Part shown: one piece after another, positions 28,664 to 37,627 of the stretch
How positions within the stretch are numbered: position 1 is the stretch's first letter
Layout: every line of letters begins with the position of its first letter
Source: an uncultured virus (IMG/VR IMGVR_UViG_3300025671_000003)
Lineage: Duplodnaviria > Heunggongvirae > Uroviricota > Caudoviricetes
Direction: 5' to 3' (one strand)
DNA: 64,000 bases
IMG/VR virus record: IMGVR_UViG_3300025671_000003
The notes under the pieces: model-generated
The model's database searches: none
What the model was told of the DNA's origin: nothing
What the model saw: the letters and a program-made list of their open reading frames with translations, nothing else
Made by a program: the position numbers and the translations under genes

Positions 28664-29572
28664 ATGATAGAGCAAAACGATAAAATTACAGAGTATTTAG
28701 AGGATTATCATGCAGGTAAAATAGCTAAAGGGTTAGAGATAGGAGTACCTGAGTTAGATGATGCTATAAGATATAAACAGGGGCAATTTAATGTAATATT
28801 AGGTTTAGATAATGTAGGTAAGACAGCATGGATACTATGGTATATGCTTTGCCTAAGTGTTAAACATGACCTTAAGTGGGCTATATGGAGTGGAGAGAAT
28901 GAGGCAGGGGAGTTAGTATCTCAGCTAATAGAATTTTTATCAGGGCATAAAGTACAGGATATACCTAACTTTAGTGATGTAGTAGAGTTAGAGTTAAAGG
29001 TATTAAGATGGTTTACTTTTATTGATAATAGTAAGCAATATACAGCCCAAGAACTTTTTAAATTATTTAAGGATACTGAATGTAATGGAGCTTTAATTGA
29101 TCCATTTACAGGATTAAATAGAAGTTATACCCATGCAGCTAATTATGATTTTTTAAACGAAACAAGGCAATTTTGTAATAGTACAGGTATAGCTATTTAC
29201 TTAAATACCCATCCTGTATCTGAGGCAGCACGTAGGGAGTATGCTGCAGGGCATGAATGGGCAGGGTATCAGATGCCTCCCAACAAGGCTCAATGTGAGG
29301 GAGGGCAGGGGTTCGCTAACAGATGCTCAGATTTTATTACTATCCATAGGTTAGTAGGGCATCCTACAGAGCAGTATAATACTCAGATTTATATTAGGAA
29401 AGTAAAAAACATTAGAACAGGAGGACAGGTAACAGATATAGCTAACCCTATTGAATGTTATTATAATAATGGTTTAGGATTTACAGTAAACGGTAATAAT
29501 CCATTAAATACAGTAAATACTAATCATTTAGATTTAGATAATAAAAATATTTTACCTAATATTGATTTTTAA
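28664..29572 (+). CDS. DnaB-like replicative helicase
   Basis: GLDNVGKT, WSGEN, LIDPF, HP motif. Confidence 0.85.
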   Translation: MIEQNDKITEYLEDYHAGKIAKGLEIGVPELDDAIRYKQGQFNVILGLDNVGKTAWILWYMLCLSVKHDLKWAIWSGENEAGELVSQLIEFLSGHKVQDIPNFSDVVELELKVLRWFTFIDNSKQYTAQELFKLFKDTECNGALIDPFTGLNRSYTHAANYDFLNETRQFCNSTGIAIYLNTHPVSEAARREYAAGHEWAGYQMPPNKAQCEGGQGFANRCSDFITIHRLVGHPTEQYNTQIYIRKVKNIRTGGQVTDIANPIECYYNNGLGFTVNGNNPLNTVNTNHLDLDNKNILPNIDF

Positions 29573-29922
29573 TGAGCAAAATTAAAGATCAATATAATTT
29601 AATTAATAAGATAATACAGGATTATACTAAGGCATTTAGTAAAAGTAGTAATATAGAGCATTATCAGGTAGTAAAGGAGTTTAGAAATGTTAAAACCTGC
29701 ATAGATGGGTTAGTTAATATAATTTTTGATAAGGGGAATGATGATAGTTTTTTTAGTTTAAAGGTATTAAATGCAAAGGCTTTTTTAATGGGGCAGATAG
29801 CATTAAAACAGTTAGAGGATAGCCCTGTAGATAAATTAATTAACCTATTATCATTTATAAACAGAGTAGAAAAAAGAGCAAAAAATGAAATTAAAAGTAA
29901 GGTGTACAATAGAAAACAATAA
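29572..29922 (+). CDS. Hypothetical protein
   Basis: ORF in operon. Confidence 0.55.
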   Translation: MSKIKDQYNLINKIIQDYTKAFSKSSNIEHYQVVKEFRNVKTCIDGLVNIIFDKGNDDSFFSLKVLNAKAFLMGQIALKQLEDSPVDKLINLLSFINRVEKRAKNEIKSKVYNRKQ

Positions 29923-30316
29923 GATAACATCTAATTTAAGGCTATTTTTAGACGTTCTGAGCCACTTTAATGGTAAAGAGGTACTAATTACTATACAGCC
30001 ATATAAAAAGCTAAGGAGTAGCCCTCAAAATAGGTATTATTTTGGAGTGGTATGTAAATTAATAAAAGATGCTATTAAAACTGAATGGGGGCAGGTAGTA
30101 TCTATAGATGATACTCATGCTTTTTTAAAAAGTAAATTACATTTTAAGGAGTTTATAAATGAGAATACAGGAGAGATAGCTAATTTACCATTAACTACTA
30201 CTGAGGATAGTACTGCAGAGTTTATGGAGTATTTAGAAAGCTGCAGAAACTTTGGCAAAGAATGGTTTAATATAGATATACCTGAGCCAAACGAACAAAT
30301 AAATTTAGAATTATGA
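29885..30316 (+). CDS. NinB-like protein
   Basis: RSSPQNRYYFG, H.FLK, STAEF..YLE. Confidence 0.75.
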   Translation: MKLKVRCTIENNKITSNLRLFLDVLSHFNGKEVLITIQPYKKLRSSPQNRYYFGVVCKLIKDAIKTEWGQVVSIDDTHAFLKSKLHFKEFINENTGEIANLPLTTTEDSTAEFMEYLESCRNFGKEWFNIDIPEPNEQINLEL

Positions 30317-30546
30317 GTAAAATAAAAAAATATACTCCTGAGCAATATAATACAGGAGAATTAAACCTATTAACTATGGAGAAAAAATTAATAATTAGAG
30401 TATCTAAGTTAATGAGGCATAAAAGAGATTTAACAGCTAAAGTATTAGGTATATCTGAAAGGAATTTATATTTTAAAATAGATAGGCATGATATAGGGCA
30501 TTTAACTACATTTAACCATAAAAAAAAAGAGCATGAAAGTAACTGA
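30313..30546 (+). CDS. Fis-type HTH protein
   Basis: TAKVLGISERNLYFKI. Confidence 0.75.
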   Translation: MSKIKKYTPEQYNTGELNLLTMEKKLIIRVSKLMRHKRDLTAKVLGISERNLYFKIDRHDIGHLTTFNHKKKEHESN

Positions 30547-31189
30547 TAAAATAACAATTACAAACGAAGATAATATGCTATTAATGGCACGTTATCCAGA
30601 TAACTATTTTGATTTAGCTATTGTTGACCCACCTTATAAAAATGAATTTGTAATTGCGGCAAGTGATAATGCAAGTAAAGTAAAAAGAAATGGAAACCTA
30701 AAAACACTAAATAATAACGTACCTACAAATGAATATTTTACTGAACTTAAAAGAGTAAGCAAAAATCAAATAATATGGGGTGTTAATTATTATGAAATTT
30801 ATTTAGGTGCTGGAAGGATAGTTTGGGATAAAGATAATACGGGTGTTTATTCAGATTGTGAATTAGCGTACCATTCTTTTTCTGATGTAACAAGAAAGTT
30901 TAAATGGAGGTGGAACGGTATGCTTCAGCAAGATATGAAAAACAAAGAAACAAGAATACATCCAACACAAAAGCCTCGACAACTTTATAACTGGCTTTTA
31001 GATAAATACGCAAATGATGGAGATAAAATATTAGATACTCACTTAGGTAGTGGCTCTATTGCTTTAGCTTGTCACAATAGAGGCTTTGAATTAACAGCCT
31101 GTGAATTAGACAAAGATTATTATAATGCAGCAATAAAAAGAATTAAAAACCATACAGCTCAAACATCTATATTTGATTTTGGGGCTTAA
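30533..31189 (+). CDS. N6A/N4C DNA methyltransferase, beta class (copy 1)
   Basis: DPPY, HPTQKP, ILDTHLGSGS. Confidence 0.92.
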   Translation: MKVTDKITITNEDNMLLMARYPDNYFDLAIVDPPYKNEFVIAASDNASKVKRNGNLKTLNNNVPTNEYFTELKRVSKNQIIWGVNYYEIYLGAGRIVWDKDNTGVYSDCELAYHSFSDVTRKFKWRWNGMLQQDMKNKETRIHPTQKPRQLYNWLLDKYANDGDKILDTHLGSGSIALACHNRGFELTACELDKDYYNAAIKRIKNHTAQTSIFDFGA

Positions 31190-31198
31190 AACTAAATT

Positions 31199-31864
31199 AT
31201 GAAAGTAACAGATAAAATAACAGTAACAAACGAAGATAATATGCTTTTAATGGCACGTTATCCAGACAACTATTTTGATTTAGCTATTGTTGACCCTCCT
31301 TATGGTGGTAATGATGCAATAGGTTTAAAAGATAATACATCCAAAGGTAAACAAGCGACTAAAAGAACAAATTATAATGTGTTTGAGAATATTGCACCAA
31401 CCAAAGAGTATTTTAAGGAGCTAATAAGAGTTAGTAAAAATCAGATTATTTGGGGAGTAAATTTTTATAATAATTTTGATTTATCAGGAGGACGTATTTG
31501 TTGGGATAAAAAGGGGACGGCTTTTGGTAGAGCTGAATTAGCTTTTTATAGTGGTTCTAAGTCTGTTAATGTATATGAGTTTACTTGGAACGGTATGATA
31601 CAACAAGATATGAAAAATAAAGAGGTAAGAATACATCCAACACAAAAGCCTCGACAACTTTATAATTGGCTATTAGATAACTACGCTAAAGAGAATGATA
31701 AAATATTAGACACTCATTTAGGTAGTGGGAGCATTGCCTTAGCTTGTCACGATAGAGGCTTTGAATTAACTGCTTGTGAATTAGACAAAGACTATTACGA
31801 GGCAAGTATTAAAAGAATTAAAAACCACGTTTCACAAGTAACTATATTTGATTGTGGAGCTTAA
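31199..31864 (+). CDS. N6A/N4C DNA methyltransferase, beta class (copy 2)
   Basis: Same motifs; tandem paralog. Confidence 0.92.
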   Translation: MKVTDKITVTNEDNMLLMARYPDNYFDLAIVDPPYGGNDAIGLKDNTSKGKQATKRTNYNVFENIAPTKEYFKELIRVSKNQIIWGVNFYNNFDLSGGRICWDKKGTAFGRAELAFYSGSKSVNVYEFTWNGMIQQDMKNKEVRIHPTQKPRQLYNWLLDNYAKENDKILDTHLGSGSIALACHDRGFELTACELDKDYYEASIKRIKNHVSQVTIFDCGA

Positions 31865-31891
31865 AACAAAATAACAACTAATTTTACAGTT

Positions 31892-33079
31892 ATGGCAAAT
31901 AAAAGAATAAGATTAAATGATGATGAGGTAGCATACCTAAAAATACCTAAAAGAAACGAAACTAAACAATATAGATTAACAGATAATCAAAAAACAGCCC
32001 TATACATTTATAGGGGGCATGATGCAGGTTTAGTAGAGGAGGCTATAAAAAATGGTATTAACCCTGAGAATGTAAATCATTATTGGTATAAAGGTAAAAG
32101 CTACTCTATCCATGCTAAACAGGATACAGATGAAAATGCTTTATCTTTAGAAAATATAGAGAGTACTATACAAACTATCTTAGATGCTTATACCAATATA
32201 ACCCCAACTACTTTTAAGCCTAAAAAAGTTAAAGAGAATAAAGCTATAAAAGTTACTATAACTGATAGTCATGTAGGTATGAATGTTAATCCTAATAAAG
32301 ATGCTTTATTTCAATATGAGTATAATGCTAATATCTATCAGGATAGTATGGATAAAGTATTTACATCTATTATAAAGGAGTATAATACTCATGGTACTTT
32401 TGATGTTTTATATTTAGATGATTTAGGGGATTTAGCTGATGGATGGAATGGATATACTACAAGGGGAGGGCATGAGCTACCTCAAAACCTAAATAATGCT
32501 GAGGTATTTGATGTTTGTGTAGATGCAAGGGTTAAACTAATACAAAAAATAGTTAAATCTAAAGCAGCTAATAAAATTATTTTGAGATGTATCTGTAATG
32601 ATAATCATAGTGGAGATTTTGGGTTAATCATTAATAAAACTATACAAAAGATTATTAATTTATTATATGATAATAATATAGTAGAGGTAGATATATTAAC
32701 GAGGTTTTTAGAGCATAGGGTATATGGTAAACATTGCTTTATATTAACTCATGGAAAGGATAAAAAGCAAATGAATAGAGGGCTACCTATTATATTAAAC
32801 GATAAGGCTGTAAGGTTAATATCAGATTATATAGATCATTATGATATAAACTCTGATTTTATCCATGTAGAGAAAGGGGATTTGCACCAAATAGGATACC
32901 AAAAAGTTAAGCAGTTTGATTATAGGAATTTTATGAGTTTTGCTCCTCCATCATCATGGATACAACATAATTTCGGAGATAGCTACTCAGGGTACTCTAT
33001 ACAGGTTATACCTAAAGATACAAACGAAATTAGCCATACAGATTACTTTTTAAACTATAAAAAAGCATTAAAAAAATAG
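31892..33079 (+). CDS. Calcineurin-like metallophosphoesterase-fold protein
   Basis: TDSHVG, LGDLADG, NDNH, THG, GDLH. Confidence 0.75.
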   Translation: MANKRIRLNDDEVAYLKIPKRNETKQYRLTDNQKTALYIYRGHDAGLVEEAIKNGINPENVNHYWYKGKSYSIHAKQDTDENALSLENIESTIQTILDAYTNITPTTFKPKKVKENKAIKVTITDSHVGMNVNPNKDALFQYEYNANIYQDSMDKVFTSIIKEYNTHGTFDVLYLDDLGDLADGWNGYTTRGGHELPQNLNNAEVFDVCVDARVKLIQKIVKSKAANKIILRCICNDNHSGDFGLIINKTIQKIINLLYDNNIVEVDILTRFLEHRVYGKHCFILTHGKDKKQMNRGLPIILNDKAVRLISDYIDHYDINSDFIHVEKGDLHQIGYQKVKQFDYRNFMSFAPPSSWIQHNFGDSYSGYSIQVIPKDTNEISHTDYFLNYKKALKK

Positions 33080-33100
33080 GATATATCAGATATATTGATT

Positions 33101-33108
33101 TATATTTG
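33101..33108 (+). promoter_or_regulatory. TAnnTTTG element before the cassette region
   Basis: TATATTTG, intergenic. Confidence 0.55.
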
Positions 33109-33194
33109 TAGAGAGCAAAACAATTAATTAAAACATCATAAGCAAAAAATATAATAATTAGTATGGTTGTAGCTGTATATAAAATAGATTAGTT

Positions 33195-33569
33195 ATGAGT
33201 ATAGAAGAAATAAAAATACATAATTGCAATAATAATACAACAATTTTTAATACGGATGATTGGATTAAGAATGATGATTTTATAAAATTTGCTAAGTCTA
33301 AACAACAAAAGATAGACCAATTAGAAAGAGAGGTTGAGGATTTAAGGAGTGGTAAAAATACAATGGTTTTTGGTGGTAGGTCAATAGGAAAAACGTATTT
33401 ACAAAGCATTGAAAAAGAAAACCAACAGTTAAAAGAAAGGAATAAGGAGTTGGAGAGATTCGCTAAAATACAAGATGCAAATTTGAATGACTTGTTTTAT
33501 CAAAAAAGATTAAATGAAAAAGTAATAAAGTTAAGAGATGGGTTAAAACAACTATTAAAAACTAAATAG
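33195..33569 (+). CDS. Coiled-coil hypothetical protein spanning the A/B junction
   Basis: ORF track; allele of 2..304. Confidence 0.75.
   Translation: MSIEEIKIHNCNNNTTIFNTDDWIKNDDFIKFAKSKQQKIDQLEREVEDLRSGKNTMVFGGRSIGKTYLQSIEKENQQLKERNKELERFAKIQDANLNDLFYQKRLNEKVIKLRDGLKQLLKTK
33224..33339 (+). repeat. Direct repeat copy 2
   Basis: Identical to 1-116. Confidence 0.95.
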
Positions 33570-33572
33570 ATT

Positions 33573-33746
33573 ATGAGTGATAAAAGAGAAATAAAGGAAT
33601 TATTAAGAATGGATAGTTATATTCAATGTGATGAATGTAAAAGAAAGTCTTTTGGTGGGGATTCAATAAATTCATATTGCAATATGAGGCAACCTAATGG
33701 CAAGATTTGTAAGGGCAAATTCAGAAGTAAAGATTTATTAACCTAA
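33573..33746 (+). CDS. 57-aa Cys-containing protein (MSDKREIK...CDEC...)
   Basis: Hand translation. Confidence 0.6.
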   Translation: MSDKREIKELLRMDSYIQCDECKRKSFGGDSINSYCNMRQPNGKICKGKFRSKDLLT

Positions 33747-33756
33747 TATAAAAACA

Positions 33757-33909
33757 ATGAGTGAAGCAGAAAAAGAAGTTATTATAAAAATTAATTTAGA
33801 GTTGAACGGAGATACTGCAATTAAAATAATGAATTGTTTAAAGGAAAACGAGCCTAAAATATGGCAAGAATTAAGAAGTGAATTAAAACAAATTAAAACA
33901 AATAAATGA
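33757..33909 (+). CDS. 50-aa hypothetical protein
   Basis: Homolog of 427..579. Confidence 0.75.
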   Translation: MSEAEKEVIIKINLELNGDTAIKIMNCLKENEPKIWQELRSELKQIKTNK

Positions 33910-33949
33910 TGAGTTAAACAAATAGGTTATAAACAATAAAAAAGAAGTT

Positions 33950-34144
33950 ATGGAAGGGGTTAAAATTATTTACAAAAACAATAAGCCTTACGGAATAAGG
34001 GATATTAATGGGTTTTTATTTTTCTTTAGTAATGTGAGTAAATTTGATAATCAAGAAGAAAGATATAGAAAGGAATTAATGCAACAGTTTGAACTTGCAG
34101 ATTTTTTAAAGTTGAAATTAGAAGAATTTAACCAAACAAGATAA
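33950..34144 (+). CDS. Hypothetical protein
   Basis: ORF track. Confidence 0.6.
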   Translation: MEGVKIIYKNNKPYGIRDINGFLFFFSNVSKFDNQEERYRKELMQQFELADFLKLKLEEFNQTR

Positions 34145-34155
34145 ACAATAAGATT

Positions 34156-34356
34156 ATGAAACATTTAGATAGATTAATAATTTACATTATTTATACGACA
34201 ATATCTGGAGAAATACTTATTCATAAAGTATTAGATATTGCAAAACACCCTTGTAATATACATTGGAAAATATTATTCCCTTATATTATAATATTTGTAA
34301 TGCTATTAATTATAACATACAAGAAATATAAAACATTTTCAGATAAAACAGATTAA
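34156..34356 (+). CDS. Small membrane protein
   Basis: Two hydrophobic stretches. Confidence 0.55.
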   Translation: MKHLDRLIIYIIYTTISGEILIHKVLDIAKHPCNIHWKILFPYIIIFVMLLIITYKKYKTFSDKTD

Positions 34357-34471
34357 TAAACAAACAAGATGAGTGAATGGACTAAATTAAAACTATCTGC
34401 TTTGTTTGGAATATTAACAGCTTTAGGAATATTTGCATTTGTAATTAATTTATTATATTATTTAAAATTAG

Positions 34472-34479
34472 TATATTTG
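34472..34479 (+). promoter_or_regulatory. TAnnTTTG element before phage B terS
   Basis: TATATTTG. Confidence 0.6.
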
Positions 34480-34493
34480 TAAAAAAAGATATT

Positions 34494-34826
34494 ATGCCAA
34501 GTGGTGGAAAAAGAGAAGGTGCAGGGAGACCAAAAGGTTCTCCAAATAAAAGCACACAAGAAATAAGAAACGCTTTTCAGATGTTTGTAGAAAACAATGT
34601 AGAGAATTTTGAAGATTGGATTGTGAGAGTTGCAGAAACAAATCCAGCTAAAGCAATAGAATTAGTTACTAACTTAGGGGAGTATATACTTCCTAAATTA
34701 TCAAGAACAGAAGTTAAAGCTGAAATAACAACAGATGAAATAGATTTAAGCAACTTACCACAAGAAACATTAGATAAACTAATAAATGAGAACGACACTA
34801 ACGAAACTGAAAGCGGAGAGCTATAA
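34494..34826 (+). CDS. terS: Terminase small subunit (putative)
   Basis: GGKREGAGRPKGSPNK; overlaps TerL. Confidence 0.75.
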   Translation: MPSGGKREGAGRPKGSPNKSTQEIRNAFQMFVENNVENFEDWIVRVAETNPAKAIELVTNLGEYILPKLSRTEVKAEITTDEIDLSNLPQETLDKLINENDTNETESGEL

Positions 34827-36225
34827 GCGTTCTTTTTATAAATTCAGTTTAGAAGCGTTTAAAGTTTTACATAATGGTCAGCCACTTGTAGAGAATTGGC
34901 ATATTGAATATATCTGTAATGAACTTCAAAAAGAAGCAGAGAGAATAGTTAAAAGAGAACCAAGAAACAAACATCTTTTAATTAATGTACCACCAAGAAC
35001 TTTAAAGAGTGAATTAGTTAATGTTTTCTTTAGTGTTTATTTATGGATTTTAGATGACTCTATACAGTTTATCAGCTCATCTTATTCAGCTTCTTTATCA
35101 GTTGGACTATCAGTACAAGCAAGACGTTTAATTTTATCTGATTGGTTTCAAACTCACTTTCCACATATACATCTATCAACAGATGAAAAACAAAAGAGTA
35201 AGTTTAGCACTCCTAAAGGTGGTTTAAGATATTGTACTTCTACTGGTGGTACTGTAACTGGTATGGGTGGGGATGTAATAGTGATAGACGACCCACAAAA
35301 CCCACAATTAGCAAGAAGTGATATAGAAAGAGATAACGCAAACAGATTTTTCAATCAAACATTAAGAAGTAGATTAAACGACCCTAAAGTAGGAATGTTT
35401 ATCGTTATAATGCAAAGACTACACGAAAACGACTTGACTGGAATGTTGTTAAAAGAAGATGCAGATAATTGGCAACATATATGTTTACCAGCAGAACTAA
35501 CAGAAAATGTAATTCCAAGCCGTTTAACGAAGTTTTATGATGATGGACTACTATTTCCACAAAGACTAAGTAAAAGTGTCTTAGATAGCTTTAAAATAGG
35601 TTTGGGAAGCTATGGGTATTCTGGACAGTATATGCAATTACCATCTCCAGCAGACGGTGGAATGATTAAAAGAGATTGGTTTAACATTATAAACGAATTA
35701 CCAAAAGACAATAACAACCAACCATTAAAAATGACTTGGGATTTCTTTTTAGATACTGCATATACTAATAAAACTTATAATGATGCTACTGCTATGATTG
35801 CTGTTTCATATCATAATGAAAAGTTATACATTAAGAAAGTTGAGGCAGTACGTTTAGAGTTTCCAGAGTTAATTAAAAAGATTACAGAATTTACATCTGA
35901 AAACGGTTACACTAATTCAAGTAGAATATTTATAGAGCCTAAAGCAAGTGGTAAGTCAATAGTTCAACAATTAAAAAGAAATACTGGTTTAAATGTAATT
36001 GAAGATAAACCACCAACACAAGATAAAGTTAGTAGAGTAAATTCAGTAAGTGCAATTATACAGAGTGGCAGAGTAAACTTATTAGACGGTAGATATATTG
36101 ATAGCTTTTTAAATGAGTGTGCTTCTTTTCCTAATGGCAATCACGATGACCAAGTAGATGTATTAGTAATGGCTATTGATAAATACACAGCAAGAAGAAA
36201 AAATATTAAAGCATTTGCAATATAA
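34786..36225 (+). CDS. terL: Terminase large subunit (Terminase_6/6C type)
   Basis: INVPPRTLKS, VIDDP, MQRLHENDL, DTA, IEPKASG, HDDQVD. Confidence 0.93.
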   Translation: MRTTLTKLKAESYKRSFYKFSLEAFKVLHNGQPLVENWHIEYICNELQKEAERIVKREPRNKHLLINVPPRTLKSELVNVFFSVYLWILDDSIQFISSSYSASLSVGLSVQARRLILSDWFQTHFPHIHLSTDEKQKSKFSTPKGGLRYCTSTGGTVTGMGGDVIVIDDPQNPQLARSDIERDNANRFFNQTLRSRLNDPKVGMFIVIMQRLHENDLTGMLLKEDADNWQHICLPAELTENVIPSRLTKFYDDGLLFPQRLSKSVLDSFKIGLGSYGYSGQYMQLPSPADGGMIKRDWFNIINELPKDNNNQPLKMTWDFFLDTAYTNKTYNDATAMIAVSYHNEKLYIKKVEAVRLEFPELIKKITEFTSENGYTNSSRIFIEPKASGKSIVQQLKRNTGLNVIEDKPPTQDKVSRVNSVSAIIQSGRVNLLDGRYIDSFLNECASFPNGNHDDQVDVLVMAIDKYTARRKNIKAFAI

Positions 36226-36230
36226 TTTTG
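36223..36230 (+). promoter_or_regulatory. TAnnTTTG element after terL
   Basis: TAATTTTG. Confidence 0.45.
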
Positions 36231-36342
36231 TAGTTACATTTTTATTTATTAATATTACAAAAAATATAAGTTATGAAAAAGTACACAGAAGAAGAAGTAA
36301 TAGAATATTTAAAGAATTAGGTTATAAAATTAAGATAGTAGA

Positions 36343-37047
36343 ATGATTAGCTTAGTAATAGAAAACAAAACTTATAAAATACCAAACGGATATAAAGATA
36401 TAACACTTGGTAAGTTTAAAGCAGTACAAAGATTTTTAGACTCAGACTATAACAAAGAAATAGTAGAGAAAATAATCGAGGGTAAAGTAAAGAAAGATAT
36501 TAAAGCCTTAGAGTTTTATATTGACTTTATAAACTATATTACTGGAATACCAACAAAACTATTAAGAAAGTGCCACCCATACGGTAAAGATAGCTTACAA
36601 GAGTCTTTTGAAGCATTAAGTTTCTTATTGTTTATGCCTAAGATAGATGAACCTAAACCAGCTTACAGAATTAAAGATTATTACTTTATAGATAAATTAG
36701 ACTATGCAAACGCTATAATGAAAGATAATGATTTTATAGAGTATATGGAGTCAAGCGTTGTTAATTTAGCTTTTAATGACTTATCAAAAGGAGTAGCAAG
36801 ATATGAGCAGTTAAACAATTTACTTGCTGTTATGTACAGACCTAAAGTAAAGAAGTATATCTGGTCTAAACCTAAAATAGAAGAATATGACGGAGATACT
36901 GCAATGCAAAGAGCTAAAGAGTTTGATGATATAGATATGGAAACAGTTTTTAATTGTCTATTTTTTTTTACTCAGTTGAAAGCAAAATCACTAAAAAATA
37001 TAAATCTATCTTTAGAAAAGGAACTGGGAAAGGTTCGAAAAGACTAA
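36343..37047 (+). CDS. Putative tail assembly chaperone with a T9 slippery site
   Basis: IP..Y.DITL, LAVMYRP, FFF encoded by a T9 run at 36961-36969. Confidence 0.55.
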   Translation: MISLVIENKTYKIPNGYKDITLGKFKAVQRFLDSDYNKEIVEKIIEGKVKKDIKALEFYIDFINYITGIPTKLLRKCHPYGKDSLQESFEALSFLLFMPKIDEPKPAYRIKDYYFIDKLDYANAIMKDNDFIEYMESSVVNLAFNDLSKGVARYEQLNNLLAVMYRPKVKKYIWSKPKIEEYDGDTAMQRAKEFDDIDMETVFNCLFFFTQLKAKSLKNINLSLEKELGKVRKD

Positions 37048-37235
37048 AAGGATTACATTGGCATATAATGAGGTATGATATTGCTGAAAGTGGTGTTTTT
37101 AATAAACAAGGATTAACGCCTTATGATAGTGTTGGATATGAACCTTTACACAATGTATTAAGATACGCTAATACAAGAGCAGAACAAATGTATCAACGTA
37201 ATGAAGATGCAAAAAATAATAAAAGAAAAAAATAA
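36954..37235 (+). CDS. Probable -1 frameshift extension of 36343
   Basis: -1 frame relative to 36343; only a TTG start upstream of the T9 run. Confidence 0.55.
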   Translation: MSIFFYSVESKITKKYKSIFRKGTGKGSKRLKGLHWHIMRYDIAESGVFNKQGLTPYDSVGYEPLHNVLRYANTRAEQMYQRNEDAKNNKRKK

Positions 37236-37624
37236 TGGAAGCAAAAGAATTAAGGATAGGGAATTTAATCAAGTATAAAAAGGGACATTTATCAAAAGTT
37301 AAATCTTTAGATAGTGATAATAGTTTGATGGTTGAAGGATTTGAAGATAATTATATTAACGGTTATTATGATGTTTGTAATTTTGAACCAATACCACTAA
37401 CAGAAGAATGGTTAATTAAGTTTGGGTTAAAAGAACATTCTAAATGGATATGGAGAATACCATTAAAAGGCAATATGTTTTTAATCTATGATGTAGGAAC
37501 TAAAAGCGTTGAAATTGGAATTAATGATAGTAGAACGGGTATTGCTTTTAAATGTGAATATCCTCACCAACTCCAAAACCTTTACTTTGCATTAACAGGA
37601 GAAGAACTAACAATAAAAGAATAA
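37235..37624 (+). CDS. Conserved Bacteroidota-phage hypothetical protein
   Basis: ELRIGN...PIPLTEEWL.KFG...HQLQNLYFALTGEEL. Confidence 0.75.
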   Translation: MEAKELRIGNLIKYKKGHLSKVKSLDSDNSLMVEGFEDNYINGYYDVCNFEPIPLTEEWLIKFGLKEHSKWIWRIPLKGNMFLIYDVGTKSVEIGINDSRTGIAFKCEYPHQLQNLYFALTGEELTIKE

Positions 37625-37627
37625 TAT

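Larger units (their letters stand above)
1..33223 (+). mobile_element. Phage A: apparently complete ~33.2 kb siphovirus-like genome, Bacteroidota host inferred
   Basis: Full packaging, head, tail, lysis and replication gene set bounded by an exact 116-bp direct repeat; TAnnTTTG promoters; no integrase recognised. Confidence 0.85.

Noticed and set aside
33224..33339. attL/attR of an integrated prophage
   Set aside because: No integrase recognised, the repeat lies inside a phage ORF, and no host genes flank it
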